Made by a program: the position numbers and the translations under genes. Shown piece after piece: positions 8,941-17,599 of a stretch of 64,000 bases of DNA. The DNA is from Spirochaetaceae bacterium (GTDB lineage Bacteria; Spirochaetota; Spirochaetia; B11-G9), in NCBI GenBank assembly GCA_015493635.1, contig WGCU01000026.1, positions 7,718 through 71,717 of the forward strand. The letters run 5' to 3'. The notes beneath the pieces were generated by a model. The model ran no database searches. It was not told the origin of the DNA and was given only the letters and a program-made list of their open reading frames with translations. The first letter of the stretch is position 1. Every line of letters starts with the position of its first letter.

Positions 8941-10407
8941 TTACAGTTTTGTAATGATTTTATTCTCGGCAAGAGGGAATGAAAGAGAAAAAACAGTACC
9001 GCTTCCTTTTCGGGAAGTAACCGCTACCGTTCCCCCGTGTGCGGAAACAACAGCTTTTACAAGGCTTAAACCGAGCCCCATCCCCGGAATTTCTTTTTTG
9101 GAAGGACTCCGGTACAATCTGTCCCAGATAAAGGGGATCTCCTCTTCATCAATCCCCGGCCCGTAATCAGTAACTGATATACTGCAGTTTTCTGCTGTTT
9201 CCTGGACAGCAACCGTTATTTTGCTGTTTCCGTCAGAATACTTGACTGCGTTGTCCAGAATATTCCCGACAGCCTGCCTGAAGCGGACAGGGTCAGCAGG
9301 AATGGAGATGGTTTCATCATCACAGAGGAGTTGTATCTGCAGGCCCTTTTCTTCACCTATATACGTGTATATATCAATGAGATCTGTGAGAACTTTTTTT
9401 ACCTCGATATTCTGCAGGTTCAGATGCAGTATCCCCGATTCCGCTTCCGATATATCCATCATGGTATTAAGCATGGACAGGATTCTCTCCGATTCTTCTA
9501 ACGATGATGAAAGAGCCTCTGTAAGTCTCTTGTTATTATCCGGATCCTGAAGCGCTAGTTCAGCAAGACCTCTCATCCGTGTCATAGGTGTTCTCAGGTC
9601 ATGCGCCACGGAATCAAAGGTTCCTTTCATCTGGTGTATAAGACTTTCAATTCGTGTAAGCATGGTATTGAAGAGCATGATGATTTCATCAAGATCGTCT
9701 CTTCCTTTTTGCCGGTCAACCCGTTTTGAAAAATCTCCTGTTTCCACTATATTTTTCAGTATTGAACTGAGATTATGCAGAGGTTTTAATGCTCTTCCAC
9801 TGAAAAAAGCCCCTGATATAATGCTGAATGTCACAAGAAGGATGAGGAGAAGGATGAAATTTCTCTGATATATATTTAAAAAGTACAACCGCCTTGCGGT
9901 ACTCATGCCTATTTGCAGTATGTATTTATCGGAAAGTCTGACGGTGCTTATTTCAAGTTTGAACGCATTCGTTTTACTGGAAAGGATGATCTCCTGTGAA
10001 AAATCTGAGAGTGGCAGTTGTGCCAGCTGCTCAATATTAAAATTCTTCCAGTTTTCCGGGTATTTTAGAAAGAGTGTTTTGTTTTTACTGTCTGCTATAC
10101 GGATGAAAAAGGCTCTGTCCCCGTAGAGAAAAGAGTCTACCTTAATTTCTTTTGCAATTGCGTCAATGCCCCCAGATTGAAAAACAGCCCAGTAGTTTAA
10201 AAGTCGCCTTCTCATGTTTCCCGTGTCTTCCGCTTTCATGGATGAGTAGAGGGATAAAAATGAGAATGTAAAGAGGACAAGGGAAGAAATGATAAATATA
10301 ACTGAAAAGAGGAACGTCAGTCTGAAATGAATTTTTTTAAAGTTTAAACTAATCTTCTTTAAGAACATACCCGACTCCCCGGATAGTATGGAGAAGCTTT
10401 TTATCAA
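8941..10407 (-). CDS. sensor histidine kinase (2 TM, HAMP, HisKA, HATPase_c)
   Basis: H-box SVAHDLRTPMTRMRGLAE. ATPase motifs NILDNAVKYS, DYGPGI, GMGLGLSLVKAVV. Overlaps the upstream RR by 59 nt. Confidence 0.9.
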   Translation of the reverse strand: MIKSFSILSGESGMFLKKISLNFKKIHFRLTFLFSVIFIISSLVLFTFSFLSLYSSMKAEDTGNMRRRLLNYWAVFQSGGIDAIAKEIKVDSFLYGDRAFFIRIADSKNKTLFLKYPENWKNFNIEQLAQLPLSDFSQEIILSSKTNAFKLEISTVRLSDKYILQIGMSTARRLYFLNIYQRNFILLLILLVTFSIISGAFFSGRALKPLHNLSSILKNIVETGDFSKRVDRQKGRDDLDEIIMLFNTMLTRIESLIHQMKGTFDSVAHDLRTPMTRMRGLAELALQDPDNNKRLTEALSSSLEESERILSMLNTMMDISEAESGILHLNLQNIEVKKVLTDLIDIYTYIGEEKGLQIQLLCDDETISIPADPVRFRQAVGNILDNAVKYSDGNSKITVAVQETAENCSISVTDYGPGIDEEEIPFIWDRLYRSPSKKEIPGMGLGLSLVKAVVSAHGGTVAVTSRKGSGTVFSLSFPLAENKIITKL

Positions 10408-11023
10408 AATCTTTATCTATTTTACTCCGTAATCTCGAAACAAGGACATCGACTATGTTTGTTTGAGGATCAAAGTCATAGTGCCAGATTTTTTCCATAA
10501 TAAGTGTTTTTGAAAGGACTCTTCCTGTGTTTCTTAACAGATATTCCAGCAGAGCGAATTCTTTAGGCTGCAGGTCTATTTCCTGTCCTGCACGTTCAAC
10601 CCTGTGGGACAGAAGTGAGAGAGATAAATCCGCGCAGGATAAAACGGTTGATTCAGGTACCGCGGAGGATCGGCGAATGAGAGCCTGTATCCGTACAAGC
10701 AGCTCTGAAAAGGAAAAAGGTTTTGTAAGATAGTCATCCCCGCCTTTCTGGAGCCCGCGGATTTTATCGTCAACATCCCGCTTGGCACTGAGAATAATGA
10801 TGGGAACCTGTTTTCTTCTGGCACGGACTTTTTCAATTATAGTGAGTCCGTCCATACCCGGAAGCATAATGTCAACTATTGCCGCATCGTATGAACCGGT
10901 AAGGAGAAGCGCAAACCCCTCCTCACCGTCTGAAGCGGTATCAGTTATAAATCCCGCTTCTTCCAGACCTTTAGAAATAAAAGATCTGATTCCCTCATCA
11001 TCTTCTATAACAAGTATTTTCAT
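10349..11023 (-). CDS. two-component response regulator, OmpR family
   Basis: REC (MKILVIEDDEGIR...DAAIVDIMLPGMDG...KPF) plus a winged-helix output domain (LLEYLLRNTGRVLSKTLIMEKIW). Confidence 0.9.
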   Translation of the reverse strand: MKILVIEDDEGIRSFISKGLEEAGFITDTASDGEEGFALLLTGSYDAAIVDIMLPGMDGLTIIEKVRARRKQVPIIILSAKRDVDDKIRGLQKGGDDYLTKPFSFSELLVRIQALIRRSSAVPESTVLSCADLSLSLLSHRVERAGQEIDLQPKEFALLEYLLRNTGRVLSKTLIMEKIWHYDFDPQTNIVDVLVSRLRSKIDKDFDKKLLHTIRGVGYVLKED

Positions 11024-11030
11024 AATACTT

Positions 11031-12689
11031 CTAGCTTATCCCTACCATCTCATTATTAACCATTTTCCGTACTGTTCTGGTATCAAGAATACCGACAGGA
11101 GTAGGATTCTCTTCTGATTCAACAACGGGAAGCTGTTCTCTGCCAAGTTGTTTTAAAATAAGGAGAGCATCATTAAGAGGTTCTGCCTTGGTGATAACTT
11201 CAGGTGCCGGAGTAACAATATCTCCTGCCAGGATCCATTCCCACGTTTCCTGTGAAACCATAAGCTGTTTTAAATCATTCATGGTGATCATTCCTACAGT
11301 TTTACTATTTTGATCTACGACCGGGAGACAAAAGAAATCTGTTTCCGAAAAAAGGGAAACCACCTGCTTGACCGAATCAGTAATCTTTATATAAGGGACC
11401 TCAGCATCAAGGACATCGGAAACCTTCCATCTGGCTATAACATCTTCTTCAGTTATATTTTTCCCTGTTTCTTTTGCGAGTTTAACGGCCAGTTTTGTCA
11501 TAGGCGGCCCGATGACCTGAACAATAAAGGTTGTAGCGGTAACACCGGTAATAATGATATCACCAAGGTCTATGCCGTCTGCAAGCTTAAGACCATGAAG
11601 ATGCTGTGTCGCCATAATTGATAATCCAATTGCTACACCCCCCTGGGCAAAGAGGCCAAGCCCTGTATATTTCTGAACTGCAGGGTCGGCATGGGTAAGT
11701 TTTGCTCCCAGCCACGCTCCGGTCATTTTACCGGTTGTCCTGAAAATGACATAGGCCGCTACAATAATCCAGAGAAACAGGGGCATCCCGCTCAGGACAA
11801 GTCTGGTTCCGACAAGTACAAAAAATAACACGTAAATAGGAGCGGAAAAACTCTTTATAAGGTCAAAGAAGTCTTTGCTGCGGTCCGGAGCAAGGTTTGT
11901 CACCACAAGCCCCATTGTCATACTGGCAAGAATAACATCAACATCAAGAATCATGGCCAGGGCAATAAGAATGAGAAGAGTCCCAATGCCGAAAACCATC
12001 GTTCTCGTTTTATCAGTACTGTACCGGACAATTAAGTTCATGAATACACCGGCTGCTCCGCCCAGTACTATGGCTCCGAGCAACTCAACAGTTGTCTTGA
12101 TTATCTGTGAAGAGAGTGAAGCGTGGCCCCCGATTATCATTTGCGCCGCGGCTGTGCCGAGACCATACAGGGTCATTGCCAGAGCATCATCCATTGCCAC
12201 AATAGCAATGAGGGTTGTTGTCAATACTCCCTTTGTACGGTATTCCCAGAGTACGTTAATTGTCGATGCGGGGTCTGTTGCTGAAGCAATAGCGCCGAAA
12301 ACAATCCCCCCGGCAAGGGCTGCCGCAAAGTTTTTGGTAAATATGTACAGTATCAGACTGACAGCTACCGTAACCAGTACAAACGCAAAGGTACCCTCTC
12401 CGAAAAGAATGGCGGAGAATTGTTTCCCGTATTTTTTCATGGTACTGCCGTGAAGCTCACCGCCGACCATAAAACCGATAATTCCGAGAGCAAAGAAATT
12501 AAAGTTCTTCAGTGAAGCGATAATATCACTGTTTATAAAACCGAATCCGCTTTTCCCGATAATAATTCCTATGGCAAGATATCCAAGAACTTGAGGGATC
12601 CGTATCTTCTGAAAGAACCAGGCTCCTGCAATTCCTCCGAAAATGCCGATTCCAAGAATAAAAAGAATATTTGAACTTAAAACAGACAT
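11031..12689 (-). CDS. cation:proton antiporter (Na+/H+ exchanger family) with C-terminal CBS-domain pair
   Basis: About 12 TM helices with the N-terminal pattern typical of PF00999 (GYLAIGIIIGKSGFGFI...). The C-terminal ~130 aa contains two CBS-like motifs (VPYIKITDSVKQVVSLF...CLPVVD..KTVGMITMNDL; LPVVESEENPTPVGILDTRTV). Confidence 0.8.
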   Translation of the reverse strand: MSVLSSNILFILGIGIFGGIAGAWFFQKIRIPQVLGYLAIGIIIGKSGFGFINSDIIASLKNFNFFALGIIGFMVGGELHGSTMKKYGKQFSAILFGEGTFAFVLVTVAVSLILYIFTKNFAAALAGGIVFGAIASATDPASTINVLWEYRTKGVLTTTLIAIVAMDDALAMTLYGLGTAAAQMIIGGHASLSSQIIKTTVELLGAIVLGGAAGVFMNLIVRYSTDKTRTMVFGIGTLLILIALAMILDVDVILASMTMGLVVTNLAPDRSKDFFDLIKSFSAPIYVLFFVLVGTRLVLSGMPLFLWIIVAAYVIFRTTGKMTGAWLGAKLTHADPAVQKYTGLGLFAQGGVAIGLSIMATQHLHGLKLADGIDLGDIIITGVTATTFIVQVIGPPMTKLAVKLAKETGKNITEEDVIARWKVSDVLDAEVPYIKITDSVKQVVSLFSETDFFCLPVVDQNSKTVGMITMNDLKQLMVSQETWEWILAGDIVTPAPEVITKAEPLNDALLILKQLGREQLPVVESEENPTPVGILDTRTVRKMVNNEMVGIS

Positions 12690-12692
12690 ATG

Positions 12693-13340
12693 TTACTCTC
12701 CTTTTGTTAATAGGGAATAAATTTTTTCTGGAGTTTCAGCATTAAGTAAATTCTCCCTGAAAGAGTCATCCTGCAGCAGCTTGCTTATTGAAGCTAGCAG
12801 TTTTAGATACTCTGCATGCTGATTATACGCTGCTGCGACCATAAAAACAATTCTCACTGGTGTATTGTCGAGAGCCTGATAGTCAATAATATCATTTTTG
12901 TTTACTGCAACCGAAACAACAATATCGGAAACGTCATATATTCTGACATGGGGAATCCCTATCCCCAGTCCAATGCCGGTACTCATTAGTTTTTCCCGTT
13001 CCCAGATAGCTTCTTCAAGTTTTTTTGCATTTTTTATCTGGGGAGCACCGGAAATATTTTTGATAAGTGCGGTGAGTATATCACGTTTAGTTGAAAAGTC
13101 AGTGACTATAACTCTTTCCGGAGCCAGCAGATGCTTCAAGTCATTCAGTTCACTTTCTTTTGTTTTGTTATTCTCCAACCGGTTGTTGATCCAGCGGTCA
13201 ATCTCACTTTTTTTAAATCTCCAGACATTACCCAGCTTTCCGGCCGGGATATCTCCCTTTTGTGCCCAGTCCAGAACAGTCCGTTCTGAAACTTTTATGT
13301 ATTTGGCAACTTCCTCAATGGTAAGAATGGTATCGTCCAT
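12693..13340 (-). CDS. HTH (excisionase/MerR-type) DNA-binding domain fused to PTS EIIA(Ntr)-like (PTS_EIIA_2) domain
   Basis: N-terminal LTIEEVAKYIKVSERTVLDWAQKGDIPAGKLGNVWRFKKSEIDRWI (HTH_17-like). C-terminal EIIA-2 fold with a conserved His in GIGIPHVR. Start set at the internal ATG (MDDTILT) rather than the longer upstream ORF. Confidence 0.75.
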   Translation of the reverse strand: MDDTILTIEEVAKYIKVSERTVLDWAQKGDIPAGKLGNVWRFKKSEIDRWINNRLENNKTKESELNDLKHLLAPERVIVTDFSTKRDILTALIKNISGAPQIKNAKKLEEAIWEREKLMSTGIGLGIGIPHVRIYDVSDIVVSVAVNKNDIIDYQALDNTPVRIVFMVAAAYNQHAEYLKLLASISKLLQDDSFRENLLNAETPEKIYSLLTKGE

Positions 13341-13486
13341 ATAAACCTCCCGAAGTAGTATATGTCTACATATATACACACAAAGATGCAAAATGTCAAT
13401 ATACATGATAAAAAGTTAATAAATGTTTGGTAATAAAAAATCAAATATGGCTTTTACAAAGAAAGAATATGCGATAAACTAATCAG

Positions 13487-13885
13487 ATGGACAGATTGGA
13501 TTTAGCATTTAAAGTTGCTGTAGAGGCCCGGGAAAACGCGTATGCTCCCTATTCAGGATTCAAGGTTGGAGCTGCTCTGTCAGTTAAGGGTATTGATAAG
13601 ATATACCCCGGCTGTAACGTGGAAAATGCCAGTTACGGAGGAACAATGTGTGCGGAAAGAACCGCAATATTCAGTGCCGTTGCTGAGAACGGCAAAGTAC
13701 CTTTTGAATTCTGTATAGTGGTGACAGATACAGAATATGCGACTCCTCCCTGTGCCCTGTGTCTACAGGTATTCAGCGAGTTCTGCCCCTCTGATTTTCC
13801 CATCTATCTTGGCACTTTGAAGGGGATACAGAAGAAGGTATTGTTGAAGGAGCTGCTGCCGATCCCCTTTAATAAAATTCCGTAA
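13487..13885 (+). CDS. cdd: cytidine deaminase
   Basis: Zinc ligand motifs CAERTAIF and PCALCLQV. Length and sequence collinear with Bacillus Cdd. Confidence 0.85.
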   Translation: MDRLDLAFKVAVEARENAYAPYSGFKVGAALSVKGIDKIYPGCNVENASYGGTMCAERTAIFSAVAENGKVPFEFCIVVTDTEYATPPCALCLQVFSEFCPSDFPIYLGTLKGIQKKVLLKELLPIPFNKIP

Positions 13886-13889
13886 GGTT

Positions 13890-15512
13890 TTAATTTTCTG
13901 TAAGCCTTGATACCGAATTGAACATCTCTTTTGTATATGCTGCCGAGTCTTTTACAAGTGAATGAACGAGGTCAGTGGAATCCGCTATACTGTCTGCATC
14001 GGTAGATATTTCTCCGGATACACCTTTGATAATTTTAATAAAATCAGACACTTTGAGTAATTTTTCTTTTGCGTTTTTCTGATCCGCCGTTATTTTGCCG
14101 GATCCCTCTCTGATACTTATTGAGCTGTCCTGAAGCACCTGCATGGACTTCATTATTTCCTGACCTCCTTCAGAAAGTTCTGCTGTGGAACCTGTTATCT
14201 CCGAGAACGCTTCGGACACAAGTTTTATTTCGGTAACGAGTTGTTCAAAGATTTTATTTATTTTTTCGGTATGGGATTTCGACATATCCATACTTCCAAT
14301 AAGGTTTTTCAAACTGTCGGCAATAATTCGTGAGTTTTCAGCTGTTGATCCCGCCAGCTTACGTATCTCATCCGCTACCACAGCAAAACCTTTTCCTCGT
14401 TCACCCGCATGTGCTGCTTCAATGGCAGCATTCATGGAAAGCAGGTTGGTTCTGTCCGCAATATCCGAGACAATCTTGTTTATATCAAGCAGGGCATGAG
14501 CATCATTTGCAGAAACCTCAACAGCTGAATTTGTCTCCTTCATTGCAGTTTTTCCCTCTTCTGCAATATTCAGAAGTGCATTGGTAGTATCTCTCTTGGC
14601 AGAAGTAATTTTGGCAACATTATCCAGCGAAGCTGACATCTGATTTACTGCAGCAGTGGATTCTTGAACAACAGTATTCTGCTCTTCTACCTGCAGATCA
14701 AAGTTTTCCACCTCGTTTGTTGTATTATCAACATAGGAAAGAGCTTCTTTCATATTGACAGAAAGGTTTTCCGCGTTTGTTGTAAAATGTTTCAGATGCT
14801 CCTTTATGGAGGAGCTTCCTTCAAGTATGTGTATAAAGTTATCTTCTACCGATTGGTTGGACGTTGCAGATAACTCGGCTGTTTTTACAACGTTCTGGAT
14901 TCTCTTTATGGTTTCTTCACTTTCATGTTGGGTTTTTTCCATGAACTCCATTGATCGACGGACATTTTTTGCAATATGAATTGAGAATAGAGTAAGCAGG
15001 GTATACAGTACTCCTGCAACAATCAGCCGTTCAGGTATACGGTTTATATCATCAGATTTTAGGATGGGGACTAGTTTGGTAAAAAAAGCTGCAGGAATCA
15101 CTACTGCTCCAATTGCAGCGGATACAATGGTAAACCATTCCGAATCGCTTACTACCAGTGAGAGTATAATCGGGAGGCTCATGTACAGTGTCAGCTGATA
15201 AATTTGATAAACAGAGACGGGGCTGATGATGAATGATAATCCTATAAGTGCGAGCTGTGAAAAAGCAAGGGGCATGACACTTGCGAATCTGTAGAAACCT
15301 TTAAAAAGCGCAATCATGGAAGCAACCATGGCTAACAAGATCGTAAACTCAACAATGACTGTTACCATGTCGCCGTCAATAATTTTTTGTACAATTATAA
15401 TAGGTGTTGTACTCAAAATAACTGTTATGACAAAAAATACCCCTGATACCTTATTTTTGATAACAATTCCGGAATCTTTATAGATTTCCTGTAGTTTTTT
15501 ATTTATATACAT
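13890..15512 (-). CDS. methyl-accepting chemotaxis protein (multi-TM sensor + MCP signalling domain)
   Basis: Highly conserved MCP signalling hairpin [31 protein letters not shown]. About 6 N-terminal TM helices. Start uncertain (15512 or 15557). Confidence 0.85.
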   Translation of the reverse strand: MYINKKLQEIYKDSGIVIKNKVSGVFFVITVILSTTPIIIVQKIIDGDMVTVIVEFTILLAMVASMIALFKGFYRFASVMPLAFSQLALIGLSFIISPVSVYQIYQLTLYMSLPIILSLVVSDSEWFTIVSAAIGAVVIPAAFFTKLVPILKSDDINRIPERLIVAGVLYTLLTLFSIHIAKNVRRSMEFMEKTQHESEETIKRIQNVVKTAELSATSNQSVEDNFIHILEGSSSIKEHLKHFTTNAENLSVNMKEALSYVDNTTNEVENFDLQVEEQNTVVQESTAAVNQMSASLDNVAKITSAKRDTTNALLNIAEEGKTAMKETNSAVEVSANDAHALLDINKIVSDIADRTNLLSMNAAIEAAHAGERGKGFAVVADEIRKLAGSTAENSRIIADSLKNLIGSMDMSKSHTEKINKIFEQLVTEIKLVSEAFSEITGSTAELSEGGQEIMKSMQVLQDSSISIREGSGKITADQKNAKEKLLKVSDFIKIIKGVSGEISTDADSIADSTDLVHSLVKDSAAYTKEMFNSVSRLTEN

Positions 15513-15597
15513 AATGTAAGTGTAATATCTATTTGCATATATAGCAATATCTCTCAAGTGCCTACCCTGAATTAGCTATGAAAGGAATAGAAAGTTC

Positions 15598-15626
15598 TTG
15601 ACTTTTGCACATAAGTGCATTATATT
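15598..15626 (+). promoter_or_regulatory. sigma70-like promoter TTGACT-N17-TATATT with embedded 14-bp palindrome TGCACATAAGTGCA (candidate operator)
   Basis: -35 at 15598-15603 and -10 at 15621-15626. A perfect 5-4-5 inverted repeat at 15606-15619 lies in the spacer. RBS AAGGATGG sits 5 nt before the DUF134 ATG (15652). Confidence 0.45.
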
Positions 15627-15651
15627 GATCTTGAAATTATAAGGATGGATT

Positions 15652-16107
15652 ATGCCGAGGCCTAAAAAAGAACGGCTGGTCAGAAGGCCGCCGCTGTATA
15701 CAGAGTTTAAACCCGCAGGGGTTATGCGAAATTCCCTGAAGCAGGTTGTTTTGGAACTTGATGAGCTGGAAGCGATACGGCTTGCAGATTATCTGGGGAT
15801 GGATCACTCTGAGGCAGCGGAAGAGATGGAGATCTCCCGTTCAACGTTTACACGGCTGGTAGAAAAGGCACGGAAGAAGATTGCCGTGTTTCTTGTTGAA
15901 GGATTGAACCTCTCCATAGAGGGAGGGAATATCCACTTCAGGGGTAATGTGATCCAGTGTCTAGATTGTGGGCATATGTTCAATACCGGGTTTGATGTAA
16001 ATATCACAAAGTGTCCGGCCTGCGGTTCTGAACGTTTGGTTGATCTTGCCGGAGGTTTTGGACATGGAGCATGCTGCCGGGGGCATAATCATCGAGGCAG
16101 GAGGTAA
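15652..16107 (+). CDS. DUF134/UPF0251 family predicted DNA-binding protein with C-terminal zinc-ribbon extension
   Basis: MPRPKKERLVRRPPLYTEFKPAG...LELDELEAIRLADYLGMDHSEAAEEMEISRSTFTRLVEKARKKIAVFLVEG is the canonical DUF134 (sigma-70 region-4-like HTH). An extra C-terminus follows: CLDCGHMF...CPACGSE plus a His/Cys/Arg-rich tail GHGACCRGHNHRGRR. Confidence 0.8.
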   Translation: MPRPKKERLVRRPPLYTEFKPAGVMRNSLKQVVLELDELEAIRLADYLGMDHSEAAEEMEISRSTFTRLVEKARKKIAVFLVEGLNLSIEGGNIHFRGNVIQCLDCGHMFNTGFDVNITKCPACGSERLVDLAGGFGHGACCRGHNHRGRR

Positions 16108-16110
16108 AAA

Positions 16111-16440
16111 ATGCCAAGAGGAGACAGAACTGGACCTAATGGAATGGGCCCGCGGACAGGAAGAGGCGCCGGGTTTTGCAACGGTTATAACAGACCGGGA
16201 TATATGAACGGCGGTGCCGGAACAGGATTTGGTTACGGTAGAGGTATGGGACGCGGCTATGGCCGCGGCATGGGGTACGGATACGCGCCTGTTGGCGGTT
16301 ATACTGCACCCTATGGAGTATCCTATACTCCCTACAGTAAGGAAACAGAGAAAGGCTACCTGGAAAATGAGATCAGTATTTTAAAAGAACAGCTTAAGGC
16401 TTCAGAAGCACGGCTTGCTGATCTTGGAGACGAAGAGTAG
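16111..16440 (+). CDS. DUF5320 family glycine/tyrosine/arginine-rich small protein with C-terminal coiled coil
   Basis: N-terminal MPRGDRTGPNGMGPRTGRGAGFC matches the DUF5320 signature. A G/Y/R low-complexity segment follows (GYGRGMGRGYGRGMGYGY), then an amphipathic helix LENEISILKEQLKASEARLADL. Confidence 0.7.
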   Translation: MPRGDRTGPNGMGPRTGRGAGFCNGYNRPGYMNGGAGTGFGYGRGMGRGYGRGMGYGYAPVGGYTAPYGVSYTPYSKETEKGYLENEISILKEQLKASEARLADLGDEE

Positions 16441-16491
16441 ACTCTACACGGGGCGGAAGAGTTTCCGCCCGTGTTATAATAGGAGGTACAT

Positions 16492-16722
16492 ATGCCTGGA
16501 AACGGTATGGGTAATGGAACAGGAAGAGGCCAGGGGCTTGGCAGAAGCGGCAGCGGCCGCGGTAGAAACGGCGGCGGCGGGTTCGGTTCCGGCGGGTACT
16601 GTGTGTGTGCTCACTGCGGAGCAAAAGTGCCGCATGCCAGAGGGACAAAATGCACAGATCTGCGGTGCCCTGAGTGCGGGAAGCCTATGGTTCGGGAAGA
16701 ATTGCTGAACAAGAAAAAATAA
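16492..16722 (+). CDS. glycine-rich small protein with C-terminal Cys/His zinc-ribbon (DUF5320-related N-terminus)
   Basis: MPGNGMGNGTGRGQGLGRSGSGRGRNGGGGFGSGGY followed by CVCAHCGAKVPH...CTDLRCPECGKPM. RBS AGGAGG sits 6 nt upstream. Confidence 0.6.
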   Translation: MPGNGMGNGTGRGQGLGRSGSGRGRNGGGGFGSGGYCVCAHCGAKVPHARGTKCTDLRCPECGKPMVREELLNKKK

Positions 16723-16732
16723 AGGAAGCACC

Positions 16733-17599
16733 ATGAAGATAGCAATTGCCAGCGGGAAAGGCGGAACGGGGAAAACAACCCTCTCTACCAATCTCGCTGC
16801 TTTTTTAGCGGAGAAAGAACATGTTGTTCTTACCGATCTGGATGTGGAAGAGCCGAACTCCGGACTCTTTATTAAAGGGACCCTGAAACATTCTGAATCA
16901 AAATACAAGATGATACCTGAATGGGACTCCGCTTACTGTAATCTCTGCGGGATATGTCAGGAGGTATGCAATTTTAACGCTGTTTTAAAAATGGGGAAAA
17001 ACATTATGGTTTTTCCCGAATTATGCCATGGCTGTTATGCATGTTCTGAGCTCTGTCCAAAAAATTCTCTTCCCATGAAAGAAAAGCCTATGGGGGAATT
17101 AAAACATTTTGAAGCTGCCGGTCTTTCTTTTATTGAGAGCAAGCTTCTTATAGGAGAGGAACAGGCTGTTCCTTTGATAAAGCAGACGATAGATTATGTG
17201 GATGAAAATTTTCCGGAAGAAATCATAAAAATATACGACTCTCCTCCGGGAACATCTTGTCCTGTTATTGAAGCAACAAAACATGCTGATATTGTTATTC
17301 TTATCACTGAACCGACTCCTTTCGGGTTTCACGATCTTACATTGGCCGTTGAAACGATCAGGGAGCTGAAAAAAGAATTTGTTGTTGTTGTAAACAGGTA
17401 TGGAATCGGAGATGACAGTGTGGAAAAATATTGTAAAGCGGAAGGGATTACCATTATCGGAAAAATACCAAATGACCGGAAAGTAGCGGAAGTTTATGCA
17501 AAAGGTGATCTTCTTTATCCGGCTCTGCCGTCTGTAAAAAAAGTTATAGAAAAAATCGCGCTTTTTATTCAGGGAGAACGGGGAGACTCAGGACGATGA
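16733..17599 (+). CDS. MinD/Mrp-superfamily P-loop ATPase with inserted 2x[4Fe-4S] ferredoxin domain (COG1149-type)
   Basis: Deviant Walker A IASGKGGTGKTT. Two ferredoxin motifs: CNLCGICQEVC and CHGCYACSELCP. ParA/MinD-like C-terminal half. Confidence 0.85.
   Translation: MKIAIASGKGGTGKTTLSTNLAAFLAEKEHVVLTDLDVEEPNSGLFIKGTLKHSESKYKMIPEWDSAYCNLCGICQEVCNFNAVLKMGKNIMVFPELCHGCYACSELCPKNSLPMKEKPMGELKHFEAAGLSFIESKLLIGEEQAVPLIKQTIDYVDENFPEEIIKIYDSPPGTSCPVIEATKHADIVILITEPTPFGFHDLTLAVETIRELKKEFVVVVNRYGIGDDSVEKYCKAEGITIIGKIPNDRKVAEVYAKGDLLYPALPSVKKVIEKIALFIQGERGDSGR

Noticed and set aside
16180-16620. Short direct DNA repeats (GGTATGGGACGCGGCTATGGCCGCGGCATGGGGTACGGATAC and GGC/GGT runs) that might be mistaken for a CRISPR or tandem-repeat array
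   Set aside because: The repeats are in frame within coding sequence (YGRG peptide repeats) and are not separated by unique spacers. No cas genes nearby.
16394-16908. Minus-strand ORFs of 84-144 aa (16394..16648, 16474..16908) and a plus-strand ORF 16415..16708 across the Gly-rich region
   Set aside because: They overlap the well-supported plus-strand DUF5320, zinc-ribbon and MinD-Fer genes. They arise from the GC-rich, repetitive GGN/CGN codon runs. No RBS or domain signal.
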